The position numbers and the translations under genes are program-made. 64,000 nucleotides of DNA from Eledone cirrhosa (lineage: Eukaryota), in assembly GCA_964016885.1 (NCBI GenBank), contig OZ024764.1, positions 11,966,001 to 12,030,000 on the forward strand, in the 5' to 3' direction. Numbering within the stretch: position 1 is the first letter of the stretch; every line of letters starts with the position of its first letter. The notes below the pieces were generated by a model. It saw only the letters and a program-made list of their open reading frames with translations. It was not told the origin of the DNA and ran no database searches. Shown here piece after piece: positions 11,968 to 25,407 of the stretch.

Positions 11968-13742
11968 TTTAACCAGCCAGAATTCTCTACCTGTTTCTGT
12001 TGAAACTGGCTGTAACCGGTCGTTCAAACTGATGTTAAGGTATTGATTGTACTTAAGAGTAAATACTTTCAAACTCTCATAGATTCGATATTATGTGAGA
12101 TAATTATGTGAGGTAAAGCCTTTTCTGTGAAAATACAATAGTATATATAGAGTAATGTAAATGTTATGTGAGATATTATGTGAAGTAAAGCCTTTACTGT
12201 GACAATACAATAGTATATATAGAGTAATGTAAATGTTATGTGAGATATTATGCGAGGTAAAGACTTTACCATGAAAATACAGTAGTATATATAGAGTAAT
12301 GTAAATGTTATGTGAGATATTATGTGAGGTAAAGCCTTTACTGTGAAAATACAGTAGTATATATAGAGTAATGTAAATGTTATGTGAGATATTATGCGAG
12401 GTAAAGACTTTACCATGAAAATACAGTAGTATATATAGAGTAATGTAAATGTTATGTGAGATATTATGTGAGGTAAAGCCTTTACTGTGAAAATACAATA
12501 GTATATATAGAGTAATGTACATGTTATGTGAGATATTATGTGAGGTAAAGCCTTTACTGTGAAAATACAGTAGTATATATAGAGTAATGTAAATGTTATG
12601 TGAGGTATTATGTGAGGTAAAGCCTTTACTGTGAAAATACAATAGTATATATAGAGTAATGTAAATGTTATGTGAGATATTATGTGAGGTAAAGCCTTTA
12701 CTGTGACAATACAATAGTATATATAGAGTAATGTAAATGTTATGTGAGATATTATGTGAGGTAAAGCCTTTACTGTGATAATACAATAGTATATATAGAG
12801 TAATGTAAATGTTATGTGAGATATTATGTGAGGTAAAGCCTTTACTGTGATAATACAATAGTATATATAGAGTAATGTAAATGTTATGTGAGATATTATG
12901 TGAGGTAAAGCCTTTATTGTGACAATACAATAGTATATATAGAATAATGTAAATGTTATGTGAGGTAAAGCCTTTACTGTGACAATACAATAGTATATAT
13001 AGAGTAATGTAAATGTTATGTGAGATATTATGGGAGGTAAAGCCTTTACTGTGAAAATACAATAGTATATATAGAGTAATGTAAATGTTATGTGAGATAA
13101 TTATGCGAGGTAAAGCCTTTACTGTGAAAATACAATAGTATATATAGAGTAATGTAAATGTTATGTGAGATAATTATGCGAGGTAAAGCCTTTACTGTGA
13201 AAATACAATAGTATATATAGAGTAATGTAAATGTTATGTGAGATAAAGTCTTTACTGTGAAAATACAATAGTATATATAGAGTAATGTAAATGTTGTGTG
13301 AGGTATTATGTGAGGTAAAGCCTTTACTGTGAAAATACAATAGTATATATAGAGTAATGTAAATGTTATGTGAGATATTATGTGAGGTAAAGCCTTTACT
13401 GTGACAATACAATAGTATATATAGAGCAATGTAAATGTTATGTGAGGTATTATTGAGGTAAAGCCTTTACCATGAAAATACAGTAGTATATATAAAGTAA
13501 TGTAAATGTTATGTGAGATATTATGTGAGGTAAAGCCTTTACTGTGACAATACAATAGTATATATAGAGTAATGTAAATGTTATGTGAGATATTATGTGA
13601 GGTAAAGCCTTTACTGTGAAAATACAATAGTAAATATAGAGTAATGTAAATGTTATGTGAGATATTATGTGAGGTAAAGCCTTTACCATGAAAATACAAT
13701 AGTATATATATATATAGAGTAATGTAAATGCTAAAGGGTTAA
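11968..13742 (-). mobile_element. piggyBac-like MITE containing an internally amplified 72-bp satellite (about 12090-13730, about 23 units)
   Basis: Ends ATGCTAAAGGG-TTAA (13742). 11970-12165 aligns with the reverse complement of the unexpanded copy at 13804-14029. Unit GTAAATGTTATGTGAGATATTATGTGAGGTAAAGCCTTTACTGTGAAAATACAGTAGTATATATAGAGTAAT. Confidence 0.85.
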
Positions 13743-13803
13743 GCTTCTTTTACCGGTAAACCATAAGGGGATGCAACTCTAGCTGGGGTCCCAGTAGCTT
13801 ATT

Positions 13804-14029
13804 TTAACCCTTTAGCATTTACATTATTCTATATTTACTATTGTATTTTTACGGTAAAGGCTTACCCTAACATATCTTACATAATATCAAATTTATGAGA
13901 TTTTGATACTATTTATTTTGAGAACAATACCTTAATATCAGTTTGAGTGGCTGGTTATGACCAGTTTCAACAGAAAGAGGTAAAAAAATTCTGGCCGGAT
14001 ATGGCCGGTTTAGATGCTAAAAGGGTTAA
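13804..14029 (+). mobile_element. piggyBac-like MITE, complete
   Basis: TTAA-CCCTTTAGCATTTA ... TAGATGCTAAAAGGG-TTAA: terminal inverted repeats with TTAA target duplication, no ORF. Confidence 0.85.
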
Positions 14030-14045
14030 AGAAACCATTATTATT

Positions 14046-14411
14046 TGGCAGTATCGGTAGAGGGTCGGACGCCATGCTTTGCAGCAAAGAGTTACGTCCC
14101 TTTATGGTCTGAGTTCAAATCTCGCCGCGGTTAAACTTTGCCTTTCATCCTTGCGGGGTCAATAAAATGAAGCACCAGTGATACAATGGGATAATTGCTG
14201 GCCTTGTGCCAAAAGTAGAAACAATTTATTAGGCAGTATCGGTAGAGGGTTGGATGCCATGCTTTCCAGCCATAGAGTTACGGCCCTTTATGATCTTAGT
14301 TCAAATCCTGCCAAGGTTAACTTTGCCTTTCATCCTTACGGAGTCGATAAAATAAAGTACCAGTCACGCATTGGGTATTTGCTGGCCTTGTGCCAAAAGT
14401 AGAAACAATTA
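14046..14411 (+). mobile_element. Two tandem SINE family 1 copies
   Basis: GGCAGTATCGGTAGAGGGT...GTAGAAACAATT at about 14047 and 14232. Confidence 0.9.
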
Positions 14412-14417
14412 TTTTAA

Positions 14418-15240
14418 CTAGCAGAAAGTCCATCCTTCGGGTGGTTTTCTGCTAGCATGTGTAATGGTGTGTATATTGATATTATACGCAAGTATATATA
14501 CATGTAGATATGATACATCAAATAAAATCTTAATTGACAATATACACAGAAATTGAAGAGAGACTGTGTTACACTGTGTTACACTGTGTTACACTGTGTG
14601 ACACTGTGTGACACTGTGTTACACTGTCTTCTGTAATCAGTAAAGTAATCCATGATACATTTAAAAAAAGACGGTATTTTATATAAACTGCATTACAGCA
14701 ACATTTTATGAAAGCGAAAAAGGGAGAAAATTAGTGACGGAAATATAAATGTTATGATATAACGATGCAAATATATGAATATTTATATAAGTGATGTGAT
14801 ATAGTGTCTATCATATCATAACTGGAAGTATTGACATTTGAAAATTTTAGAAGAAGTGAATCTTGAAATAAGCAATAAAATGATTTATATTTAATCAAGA
14901 GTTACGAAATTTAGTAGATAAATTATGTAATATTCATTCATTATTTATTCAAAGTAGGGAGCGGTGGATTGGCAGTATCGGTAGAGGGTCGGACGCCATG
15001 CTTTGACGCATAGAGTTACGGCCCTTGTCATTCTCAGTTCAAATCCCTCCGAGTTTAACATTTTGCCTTTCATCCTTACGTGGTCGATAAAATAAAGTAC
15101 CAGTAATGCACTGGGGAAATTGCTGGCCTTGTGCCAAAAAGTAGAAACTATTATTTATTCAAAGTAATCCAACCTATTTTACTAATGGGATAAAAAAATA
15201 TAAACAGGACACAGTCCCGCACTCCTTACTTTATTATATC
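14418..15240 (-). mobile_element. Probable non-autonomous Helitron with an internal (ACACTGTGTT)n repeat and an inserted SINE
   Basis: Minus-strand 3' end has hairpin CCACCCGAAGGATGG, 8 nt, then CTAG|T (14418). The 5' part (15167-15238) matches 63200-63274, which ends in A|TC on the minus strand. Confidence 0.55.
14957..15149 (+). mobile_element. SINE family 1, full length with 17-bp TSD
   Basis: TSD ATTATTTATTCAAAGTA at 14940-14956 and 15150-15166; A and B boxes present. Confidence 0.92.
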
Positions 15241-15262
15241 ACGATTATCAATATTACCAATA

Positions 15263-15890
15263 ATAAAGTACCAGTAATGCACTGGGGGAATTGCTGGACT
15301 TGAGCCAAAAGTAGAAACAATTATTATTTTCTTGTGGATTGGCAGTATCGGTAGAGGGTTGGACGCCATGCTTTGCAGCATAGAGTTATGGCCCTTTATG
15401 ATCTGAGTTCAAATTCTGCTGAGGTTAACTTTGCCTTTCATCCTTACGGGGTCGGTAAAATAAAGTACCAGTAATGAACTGGGGTCGATTTAATTGATTT
15501 CCCCTCCCCCCAAATTACTGGCCTTGTGCCTATACTAGAAATCATTATTATTATCGATATTAATATTATCAACATTATAATTATCAATATTAATATTATC
15601 ATCGCTATAATTAATATTATCAATATTAATATTATCATCGTTATAATTATTATTATCAATATTAATATTATCATCGTTATAATTATTATTATCAATATTA
15701 ATATTATCGTTATAATTATTATTATCAATATTAATATTATCATCGTTATAATTATTATTATCAATATTAATATTATCATCGTTATAATTATTATTATCAA
15801 TATTAATATTATCATCGTTATAATTATTATTAACATTATAATTATCAATATTAATATTATCATTGTTCTAATTATAATTATCAATATTTT
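15263..15890 (+). mobile_element. SINE family 1 fragment, a long-variant copy (15335-15545), and a 36-bp AT minisatellite continuing from its (ATT)n tail
   Basis: Unit GTTATAATTATTATTATCAATATTAATATTATCATC repeated directly after the SINE end. Confidence 0.85.
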
Positions 15891-16014
15891 TGTTGTTGTT
15901 GTTATTTTTAATCCACATCTGTTCCGGTGTAGTGTCTGTTAGTTAAGTTTATGTCGCCTGGGGGTGATGTCTGTCTCTCCCTGGTCCTCTCCTGTCATTG
16001 CCTACTTTGGAAAC

Positions 16015-17900
16015 CACCCACCACCACCACCATACCACCACCACCACCACTACCATCAACACCATACCACTGATGGAACACTTGACTTCTCATTTTTCCC
16101 TCCCCTCCCTCTTTCCACCATCACCATCACCACCACTACTATCACCATAACACAACTACTACTACCACCATGACCACCATCACCACTACCACTATTATCA
16201 TACCACCACTATCACCATAACACAACTAGCACCACCACTATTATCATACCACCACCACCACTACCACCACTACCACTACTACCACCACACCATCACCAAC
16301 ACCATCAAATTACCACGACCACCATTACTATCACCATAACACCACCACCACTATACCACTACCACGACCACCATCACAACTACCACCATACCACCATCAC
16401 CATACGACCACAATTACTACCATTACATACCACAACTCCCACCACCACCAACACTACAACTATTACCATACCACCACTATTGCTTTCACCATACCACCAC
16501 CACAACCACCACCATTACCATACCACTGGTAAAACACTTGACTTCTCAATTTCCCATTTTCCACCACCACCACCACAACTACCACCACAACAACTACCAT
16601 ACCACCACCACCACCAAAACACTTGATTTCTCCCCCCCCCCTGTCCACCACCATCACCACCTCCACAGTTCTGTGGCTTCCAAGTCTGGATTAGGCAAAC
16701 TATGTCTGATGCCTTACAACAGCAGAGTACCACTACCACTACTACCACCCACACTACAACTATCACTGCAACCATCAGTACCAGCACCACTACCACCACT
16801 AACAACACTATCACTAACATCAATACCACCACCACTACTACCACCATTACAATCATCAGTACCACCACCACCACCACACCACTACCACCACCACTACTAC
16901 CACCACCACCACCACTCGAACCATCAGTACCACCACCACCACTACTACCATCACTGGAACCATCAGTACCACCACCACCACCACCACTACTACCATCACT
17001 GCAACCATCAGTCCTACCACCACCACCACTACTACCATCACTGCAACCACCAATACTACCACCACCAACACTACTACCACCACCACCACCATCAACACTA
17101 CCACCATCACTGCAACCACCACTACCACTACCACTACCACCACCACTATCAGCACCACCAACAACAACACTAGCACTAACATCAATACCACCACTACTAC
17201 CACCACTACCACCATTACTGTAACCACCAGTACCACCACCAACACAACCACCATCCACACTACCAACAACATTAACACTAACATCAACACCACTACCACC
17301 ATTACTGCAAACACCAACACTACTATCACCCTCACATCACTATTACCACCACTACTACGACACCCTATACCAATAACACCATGACTACTACCACCACCAC
17401 TGCCAACATTATCACTACTACTACCGACACAACAATCCAACCACCACACCCTATATCAACACCACCACTAACACCACTACTACCACAACACTCCACCACC
17501 ACTACTAACACAACTCTGCACCATCACTGCCACCACTACCACAACACCACCACCACTACCACCAGTACCACAACACACCACACCCTATATCAACACACCA
17601 CCACCATTACCACCACTACCACAACACACCACCACCACCACTACCACAACACATCACCACCACTACCACAACACACCACCACTACAACAACAAACCACCA
17701 CCACCACCACAACACACCACCACCACCACCACCACTCCACCACCAACAGTACCACAACACACCACACCCTATATCAACACACCACCACCATTACCACCAC
17801 TACCACAACACACCACCACCACCACCACCACCACCACTACCACAACACACCACCACTCCACTACCACCAGTACCACAACACACCACACCACCACCACCAT
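16015..17900. repeat. (ACC/ACT/ACA)n low-complexity tract with short unique islands
   Basis: Direct inspection. Confidence 0.95.
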
Positions 17901-18119
17901 TACAATAAGCCTGTCATATTTGCACAACAGCTTCCCTGACATGGATGGGACAGTGATGGCGATGGTGGTGGTAGTGATGTTGGGTGGTGGTGGGGGTTAA
18001 AAGGAGGGGGAGGAGGAGTGAGGTGGGGGAGGGGAGAAAATATATTGTCTGTGTCACAGCAATGTATTGTTGATTCAGTGGTGATGGTGGAGGTGGTTGT
18101 TGTTAGGTGGGGTTTTTTT

Positions 18120-19060
18120 TTATAGCCCCAGGCCAGTCCTGATCCAGTAGACCTATTTATCAAAGATGTTCCAACTGTGACCATCATATCTTTTATTATT
18201 CAGACACAGTATATCTAGGATTACATTATCTAATGTACAGTATAGTAGTTAGTATTAGTGGCTATAGTTGTTCTTTAGCCCTAGGTCAGACCTGATCCAG
18301 TAGACCTATGATCAAAGATGTCCAACTGTGATCATCTCATTCTATATTCAGACAGTGTATCTAGGACTACATTATCTAATGTACAGTATAGTAGTTAGTA
18401 TTAGTGGTTATAGTTGTTGTTTAGCCCGAGGTCAGTCCTGATCAAGTAGACCTATGATCAAAGATGTTCCAACTGTGACCATAGTATATCTAGGACTACA
18501 TTATCTAATGTACAGTACAGTAGTTAGTATTAGTGGCTATAGTGGATGTTTAGCCCTAGGTCAGTCCTGATCCAGTAGACCTATGATCAAAGATGTTCCA
18601 ACTGTGACCACAGTATATCTAGGACTACATTATCTAACGTACAGTACAGTAGTTAGTATTCGTGTCTATAGTTGTTGTTTAGCCCTAGGTCAGTCCTGAT
18701 CCATTAGACCTATGATCAAAGATGTTCCAACTGTGACCACAGTATATCTAGGACTACATTATCTAATGTACAGTACAGTAGTTAGTATTAGTGGCTATAG
18801 TTGTTGTTTAGCCCTAGGTCAGTCCTGATCCAGTAGACCTATGATCAAATATGTTCCAACTGTGACCATCCTGTCTTTTATTCAGACATAGTGTATCTAG
18901 GACTACATTATCTAATGTACAGTATAGTAGTTAGTATTAGTGGCTATAGTTGTTGTTGTTGTTCTTTAGCCCTAGGTTAGTCCAGATCCAGTTGACCTAT
19001 GATCAAAAATGTCCAACTGTGACCATCTCATTCTATATTCAGACATAGTGTATCTAGGAC
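18120..19060. repeat. ~129-bp satellite (about 6.5 units, some longer)
   Basis: TTTAGCCCTAGGTCAGTCCTGATCCAGTAGACCTATGATCAAAGATGTTCCAACTGTGACC...CTAGGACTACATTATCTAATGTACAG repeated; same unit at 55811-56805. Confidence 0.95.
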
Positions 19061-19230
19061 TTAATAAATATTAAAACTCTGCTTCAGTATTGAGTACTCC
19101 TCTCTCATAGCCGTATATATACATACATATATACATAATAACAGATGAAACTCCAGAGTAACAAAACTCAATAAAATAAATATTAAAACTCTGCTTTGGG
19201 ATTTAGTACTCCTTTCTCTTGGCCGTATAT

Positions 19231-19261
<31 letters not shown>

Positions 19262-19264
<3 letters not shown>

Positions 19265-19591
19265 CCTCATCATCCTGTTGTGGGAAGTGTCCGGTCGGCT
19301 GACCTAGTCTTGCTCATACGGGAACTGATTCTGGCTTGATTTCTACAGCTGGATGCCCTTCCTAACACCAACCTCATTTACAGTGAGTGCTGGGTGTTTT
19401 TTTTGCCATGGCACCTCCACGACCACTTTACAGTGGAATGATATGGACCCCAGTCCTATCATCTCATTTCTACAGCTCAGTAAACTGGAGCAATGTGAAA
19501 TAAAGTGCCTTGCTCAAGGAGACAACACATCTCCTGGTCAAAACCTTTCAATTGCAAGCCTGATGCTCTAACCACTAAGCCATATGTCTTC
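19262..19591 (-). mobile_element. CORE-type SINE, second copy
   Basis: Reverse complement of 6173-6410 (GCTCTAACCACTAAGCCAT, GTGCCTTGCTCAAGG, GGATGCCCTTCCTAACACC) with an extra internal segment. Confidence 0.85.
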
Positions 19592-19611
19592 ATATATATA
19601 TATATATATAT

Positions 19612-20015
19612 ATATAAAAGGAAAAATCAGTGATGCATCTGGACTCAGTTTACTGCATGTTACAATTGTTTCACCGGCAGATAGCTCGAGACACAATCAT
19701 TGTATGGATCTGTCTGATTCTAGAACTGCAGGTTCTTCGGACACTTGCAATACTTTCTTAACAAATTTTCTCATGTGAGAAAATTTGTTCCGAAAGTATT
19801 GCAAGTGTCCGAAGAACCTGCAGTTCTCAAATCAGACAGATCCACACACTGATCGTGTCTCAAGCTATCTGCCAGTGAAACAATTGTAACACGCAGTAAA
19901 CTGAGTCCAGATGCATCACTGATTTTTCCTTTTATATTACATCACACTCTGCTCTGTAAGAACATAGAGTGCTCAACTGGCATACCACTTATGGAAGCAT
20001 CATAGCTACCATTAA
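19612..20015. mobile_element. Fold-back family D: 326-bp palindrome plus tail, with variant hammerheads on both arms
   Basis: Arms 19612-19773 and 19776-19937. Right arm: GTGT-CCGAAGA(19809)-61 nt-GAAACAATTGTA-ACAC. Tail GCTCTGT...ATAGAGTGCTC. Confidence 0.85.
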
Positions 20016-20029
20016 ACACACACACACAC

Positions 20030-20065
<36 letters not shown>

Positions 20066-20082
20066 TGTAATAAACAACATTC

Positions 20083-20136
20083 CATTTACCAGTGGTTTCT
20101 TAAAAGCAAAAAATTTTGCTTTCAATCCTCAGAATG
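20083..20136 (-). ncRNA. Identical hammerhead on the opposite arm
   Basis: Exact reverse complement of 20150-20203. Confidence 0.88.
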
Positions 20137-20149
20137 AAAAAATCCTGGT

Positions 20150-20203
20150 CATTCTGAGGATTGAAAGCAAAATTTTTTGCTTTTAAGAAACCACTGGTAA
20201 ATG
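20150..20203 (+). ncRNA. Canonical type I hammerhead ribozyme, GUA triplet
   Basis: CATT|CTGAGGA|TTGAAAGCAAAA-TT-TTTTGCTTTTAA|GAAA|CC-ACT-GGT|A|AATG; all core residues and three helices present; predicted cut after 20199. Confidence 0.88.
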
Positions 20204-20322
20204 GAATAATTGCCTTATGTTGTTTATTACATAACTATTAAGCTCTGTTACCTACACAGAGCACTCTTTTTTCCTGGACTTTTCCGACGGAATTACTTCA
20301 TTTATATATATATATATATATA

Positions 20323-20670
20323 TAGTAGTAGAACACTGGAGGGTTATATAGTAGAGCACTCAGTCCATGGGACGAATTTGGTAGAAGTAGGGGCCGCATA
20401 AGGGTAAACATTTGTTCTTGGTATGGCGAACTAACTGTTGTGGACCTACTTATATATATATATATTTAATTAGAAACTAAACATATATATATAACTATTG
20501 CATTACCAAAGGTTTCAGGACTCTAGACAATATTAACATATGTTTAGTTGGTTCATCAGATAAAAAGTACTTTTCATCTGATGAGCAAACTAAACATATG
20601 TTAATATTGTCTAGAGTCCTTTGGTAATGCAATAGTTATATATATATGTTTACTTTCTAATTAAATATAT
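20323..20670. mobile_element. Fold-back family F element with hammerhead-like core
   Basis: Palindrome about 20465-20670 centred on AAAAGTACTTTT. Minus arm: TAT-CTGATGA-36 nt-GAAACCTTTGGTA-ATG; the plus arm has lost GAAAC. GAGCACTC at 20353. Confidence 0.7.
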
Positions 20671-20718
20671 ATATATATATGTATCTATATATTTAATTAG
20701 AAAGTAAACAACACAATA

Positions 20719-21330
<612 letters not shown>

Positions 21331-21661
21331 CACAGGAAAATCAACAGAGGACAAGACAAGGAATAAAAACAAGGCAAAACGAAAAAAACAATTTCTTTTA
21401 AGGGGGAAACCTTTCAGCTTAATTGAAACGAAATAAAATACCTATGGCCCCCAACCCACACTGAAATCCTACACCTCACACATGGTAATTCCCCCAGCCA
21501 CACACATGCTAATTATCCCATCCCCATGACCTATATGTTAACATCATCTAACAGGTTCATATAAATATGTTATTTTCTACTCAAATTTAAATTAAAATAT
21601 AATTGACCTAAAGTAATTTAGATTTTTGATAATAAAATTTACTGAAGTGGCAAAAAGAATA

Positions 21662-21692
<31 letters not shown>

Positions 21693-21706
21693 GTATGTGT
21701 GTATGT

Positions 21707-21737
<31 letters not shown>

Positions 21738-21765
21738 AAATGTGTATATATATATATATTTAATA

Positions 21766-21803
<38 letters not shown>

Positions 21804-22018
21804 ATGGAAAATTTGAACAGGAACAAAACAGAGAGGCAGTACAACGATATATATATATATATATTATATATATACTTCTTTCTTTGAGCTATTTCATTGT
21901 AAAGGACTACCTGAGATTTGAACTCATTATTAATAGTATATATATATATATATATACATATAAAATATGTATATATATATATATATATAAAATATGTGTG
22001 TAATATATATATATAAAA

Positions 22019-22059
<41 letters not shown>

Positions 22060-22069
22060 TATATATATA

Positions 22070-22262
22070 TAACAAAGGAATTGTGGTAAGGAACCAGATG
22101 GACCATAACGCACCAGAGTACTCAATACTTAGGGGTAGTAGATGTGGGTAATAGGAAAAGGTATGACCCCGACGGCAGAGCTCAAGCCGTTTCGACGGCT
22201 ATTTCCAGAAATAGCCGTTGAAACGTCTTGAGCTCTGCCGTTGGGGGTCATACCTTTTCCTA
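22070..22262. mobile_element. Fold-back family B element
   Basis: ATAGGAAAAGGTATGACCCC...GGGGTCATACCTTTTCCTAT inverted repeat, with the tail on the left. Confidence 0.88.
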
Positions 22263-22281
22263 TATATATATATATATATAT

Positions 22282-22544
22282 CTAGGGCGGGTAAAATTCC
22301 CAAGATCCATGATGGACGAGTTCTCTCCAGCGGTCTCTGTCCCTCATCATCGCTGCCATGTCCTGCGTCTCCAACAGACCAGTGTTTGTCCTTAGGACAT
22401 CAACATACGTTAACCTCGGTCTCCCTCTTCCAGTGTGTCCACGTAGGGTTCCCACAAGAGCACTGAGTGCAGTGTCAACTCTGGATGTCGGTGAGCATGT
22501 CCAGCTAACAGCAGTCTCCTCCTCTGTGTCACTGTCGAGCTGAC
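22282..22544 (-). mobile_element. RTE-clade LINE ORF C-terminal fragment, 5'-truncated, one frameshift
   Basis: Joining two frames gives VSSTVTQRRRLLLAGHAHRHPELTLHSVLLWEP/LRGHTGRGRPRLTYVDVLRTNTGLLETQDMAAMMRDRDRWRELVH. The RRL.LAGH..R, LLWEP..G...RGRP and DR..WR motifs are typical of RTE-type ORF ends. Confidence 0.85.
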
Positions 22545-22547
22545 TAT

Positions 22548-22755
22548 ATAACAAAGAAAGTGGGGTAACATAACGTGGACCATAACGCATCAGAGTACTC
22601 GATAGTATGGCTAGTAGAGTGGGTAATAGGAAAAGAGTCAGGGACCCCGACGACTGAGCTCCGGCTGTTTCGACAGCTAGATCCGAACTCCTATTACCCA
22701 CTCTACTACCCTAAGTATTGAGTACTCTGGTGTGTTATGGTCCACCTGGTATCTT
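22548..22755. mobile_element. Rearranged family B variant with tails on both sides
   Basis: GGACCATAACGCATCAGAGTACTC on the left, TATTGAGTACTCTGGTGTGTTATGGTCC on the right. Confidence 0.75.
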
Positions 22756-22817
22756 TTCAATGTGTCTTTCAATGTCTACGTAGACATTACAATACAATGG
22801 GAGGGAAACATAATAGG

Positions 22818-22858
22818 ACCACTGATGATGTCATAGATGTGTGACGAAAGAACTTTGA
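22818..22858 (+). ncRNA. Degenerate minimal hammerhead motif
   Basis: CTGATGA-T-GTCATA-GATG-TGTGAC-GAAAG-AA-CTT; helix I only 2 bp. Confidence 0.4.
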
Positions 22859-22888
22859 TAGACTATATATAATATTTATATATATATA

Positions 22889-23242
22889 CCAAGATAATAA
22901 TAAATGGAAACTATATTTATAAAACCATATTTATTTTATTATATATATTTCAAGGGCGACCAAGCAAAGACTATCCAGCGAATCTTCGGATCGTTAAGGT
23001 GTGATCCCCATGGGTATGTCATTATTTATAAAACAAATTTTGTATTTTATCTGATGAAAGCGCACCAAGAGTTGCTTGGTCGCCCTTGAAATATATATAA
23101 TAAAATAAATATGGTTTTTATAAATATAGTTTCCATTTATTATTATCTTGGAATATTTACTCCAGTAACTTGTTGAGTGCTCTATATCAGTTATAAACAT
23201 TTATGTTTGACGGAATTCCAACAAATTAAATACAACTCCTAC

Positions 23243-23247
<5 letters not shown>
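22889..23247. mobile_element. Fold-back family A element with hammerhead at 23043-23107 (+)
   Basis: TATTTTAT|CTGATGA(23051)|AAG..GCACCAAG/CTTGGT.GC.CTT|GAAA|TATATA|TA|ATAAAATA. 22889-22967 is the inverted copy of the 3' part. Tail ACTC...GAGTGCTC (23175). Confidence 0.85.
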
Positions 23248-23278
<31 letters not shown>

Positions 23279-23279
<1 letters not shown>

Positions 23280-23620
23280 GAGGTTATATTTAATTTGTTG
23301 GAATTCAACAAGCTTAAAAAAATTATTTCTATAACTGATATAAAGCACTCAACAAGTAAGTGGAGTAAATATACAATATATTAACAAATGGAAACTATAT
23401 TTATAAAACCATATTTTATTTTATTATTACATATTTCAAGGGCTACCAAGGCAAATTATGGTGCACTTTCATCAGATAAAATACAATACAGATTAGTTTT
23501 ATAAATGTATTTTATCTGATGAAAGCGCACCATAATTTGCCTTGGTGGCCCTTGAAATATGTATATTAAAATAAATATGGTTTTATAAATATAAGTTTCC
23601 ATTTGTTAATATATTGTATA
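23279..23620. mobile_element. Fold-back family A element, hammerheads on both arms
   Basis: TCATCAG at 23469-23475 (-) and CTGATGA at 23516 (+) with GAAA at 23554; long tail on the left. Confidence 0.85.
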
Positions 23621-23696
23621 TATATGATTTCTAAAGAATGAAACAGTTCTAGTCCTGTAGAATCTCATGCTATAATATATATATTAATATATATAT

Positions 23697-23748
<52 letters not shown>

Positions 23749-24085
23749 AATTTTTAACTGTTGGTCAATCAATGATAAACTTTGATAGCCAGATAAATTA
23801 ACTATGGAGATATAAAAGATACAGAAGCGAAAAACCAACCAAACAGTGAGTGTGTTGTGGTTATTATTTCTGGCAATATAATAACAATATGACCCTCCCC
23901 AAATATAACAATACATATAAAGAGAAATACATAAACACAGAGAGATAGAGAGAGAGTGAGAGAGAGACTTTACATATACTGTATATCTAGAGAGAGACAT
24001 ATATGTTTTGAGTGTGTTGTAAGTAGACAACGACAGTACAATGAAGAAGTATATTAGTTTTACACTTGATTTAGTAGGAAGAGAG

Positions 24086-24121
24086 TCTTAACGTTTCAGA
24101 CGCTAGTCTTTCGTCAGAAGA
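24086..24121 (-). ncRNA. Minimal Penelope-type hammerhead motif
   Basis: TCTT|CTGACGA|A-AGAC-TAGC-GTCT|GAAACGT|T|AAGA: 4-bp helix I, 4-bp helix II, palindromic ACGT in place of helix III. Confidence 0.65.
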
Positions 24122-24705
24122 TAGGATGAGACAAAAAAGAGGAAATAGACAGATAGAGAGAGAGTGAGAAGTGGAAGAAACGGGAAAACATTTTTTTTCT
24201 TTGAGAAAAACAGCACGTGTGTTCTGTCAGCCAGTATGTGTGTGTGTTGTGTGAGTATAAATATGTGTTTGTGTATATATGCATATATATGTGTGTATAT
24301 GTACATATATCTGATTGTGAAAATGTATACACACACACATATATATATATATGCCTTATATATAGGTACTGGGTGTATAATAGACGAAATCAAGGCAGTG
24401 CTCCAGCATGGGAATGGTCAACCAACAGAAATCAATTAAAAACATTGAAACAAAGAAAGATTTTATACATAAATATATATATATATATACATACATACAC
24501 ATATATATATATAATATATATATATAATACTCATACACAAAGTATACATATATACTAACATACACACACATATATATATATATATATACATTCCATACAC
24601 AAACAAATATATATACATTCATACACAAACAAATATATGTATAGACACATAAATATAAGTATACACACACACAAATATAACTATATTCACACACACAAAT
24701 ATATA

Positions 24706-25373
24706 CAGGGTATCCCAAAAATGTATACACACTTTTATTAGAATGCCGTTGAAGTGTGCCTACATTTTTTGGGAACACCCTGTGTATATATTATACACAG
24801 TGTCCCCAAAAAGTATACACACTTTTATTAGAATGATGTTGAAGTGTGCATACATTTTTTGGGAACACCATATATACGGTGTCCCAAAAAAGTATAACAC
24901 ACTTTTATTAGAATGATAGTTGAAGTGTGCATACATTTTTTGGGAACACCCTGTGTATATATATATATATATATACAGGGTGTCCCCAAAAAGTATACAC
25001 ACTTTTATTAGAATGATGTTGAAGTGTGCATACATTTTTTGGGAACACCCTGTGTGTATATATATATATATATAACAGGGTTGTCCCCAAAAAGTATACA
25101 CACTTTTATTAGAATGATGTTGAAATGTGCATACATTTTTTGGGAACACCCTGTGTATATATATATATATATATATATACAGGGTGTCCCAAAAAAGTAT
25201 ACACACTTTTATTAGAATGATGTTGAAGTGTGCATACATTTTTGGGGAACACCCTGTGTATATATATATATATATATATACAGGGTGTCCCCAAAAAGTA
25301 TACACACTTTTATTAGAATGATGTTGAAATGTGCATACATTTTTTGGGGAACACCCTGTGTATAATATATATA

Positions 25374-25407
<34 letters not shown>

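Larger units (their letters stand above)
20060..20302. mobile_element. Fold-back family E element
   Basis: Inverted repeat 20060-20137 / 20149-20237 plus tail GCTCTGTTACCTACACAGAGCACTC; TA tracts on both sides. Confidence 0.9.

Noticed and set aside
12091-13699. ORFs with a 24-aa repeat containing C/H residues (HSKGFTSH), superficially zinc-finger-like
   Set aside because: Translation of the 72-bp MITE-derived satellite; no C2H2 spacing.
14046-14140. tRNA genes at SINE heads
   Set aside because: A and B boxes are present but continue into a SINE body; no proper cloverleaf.
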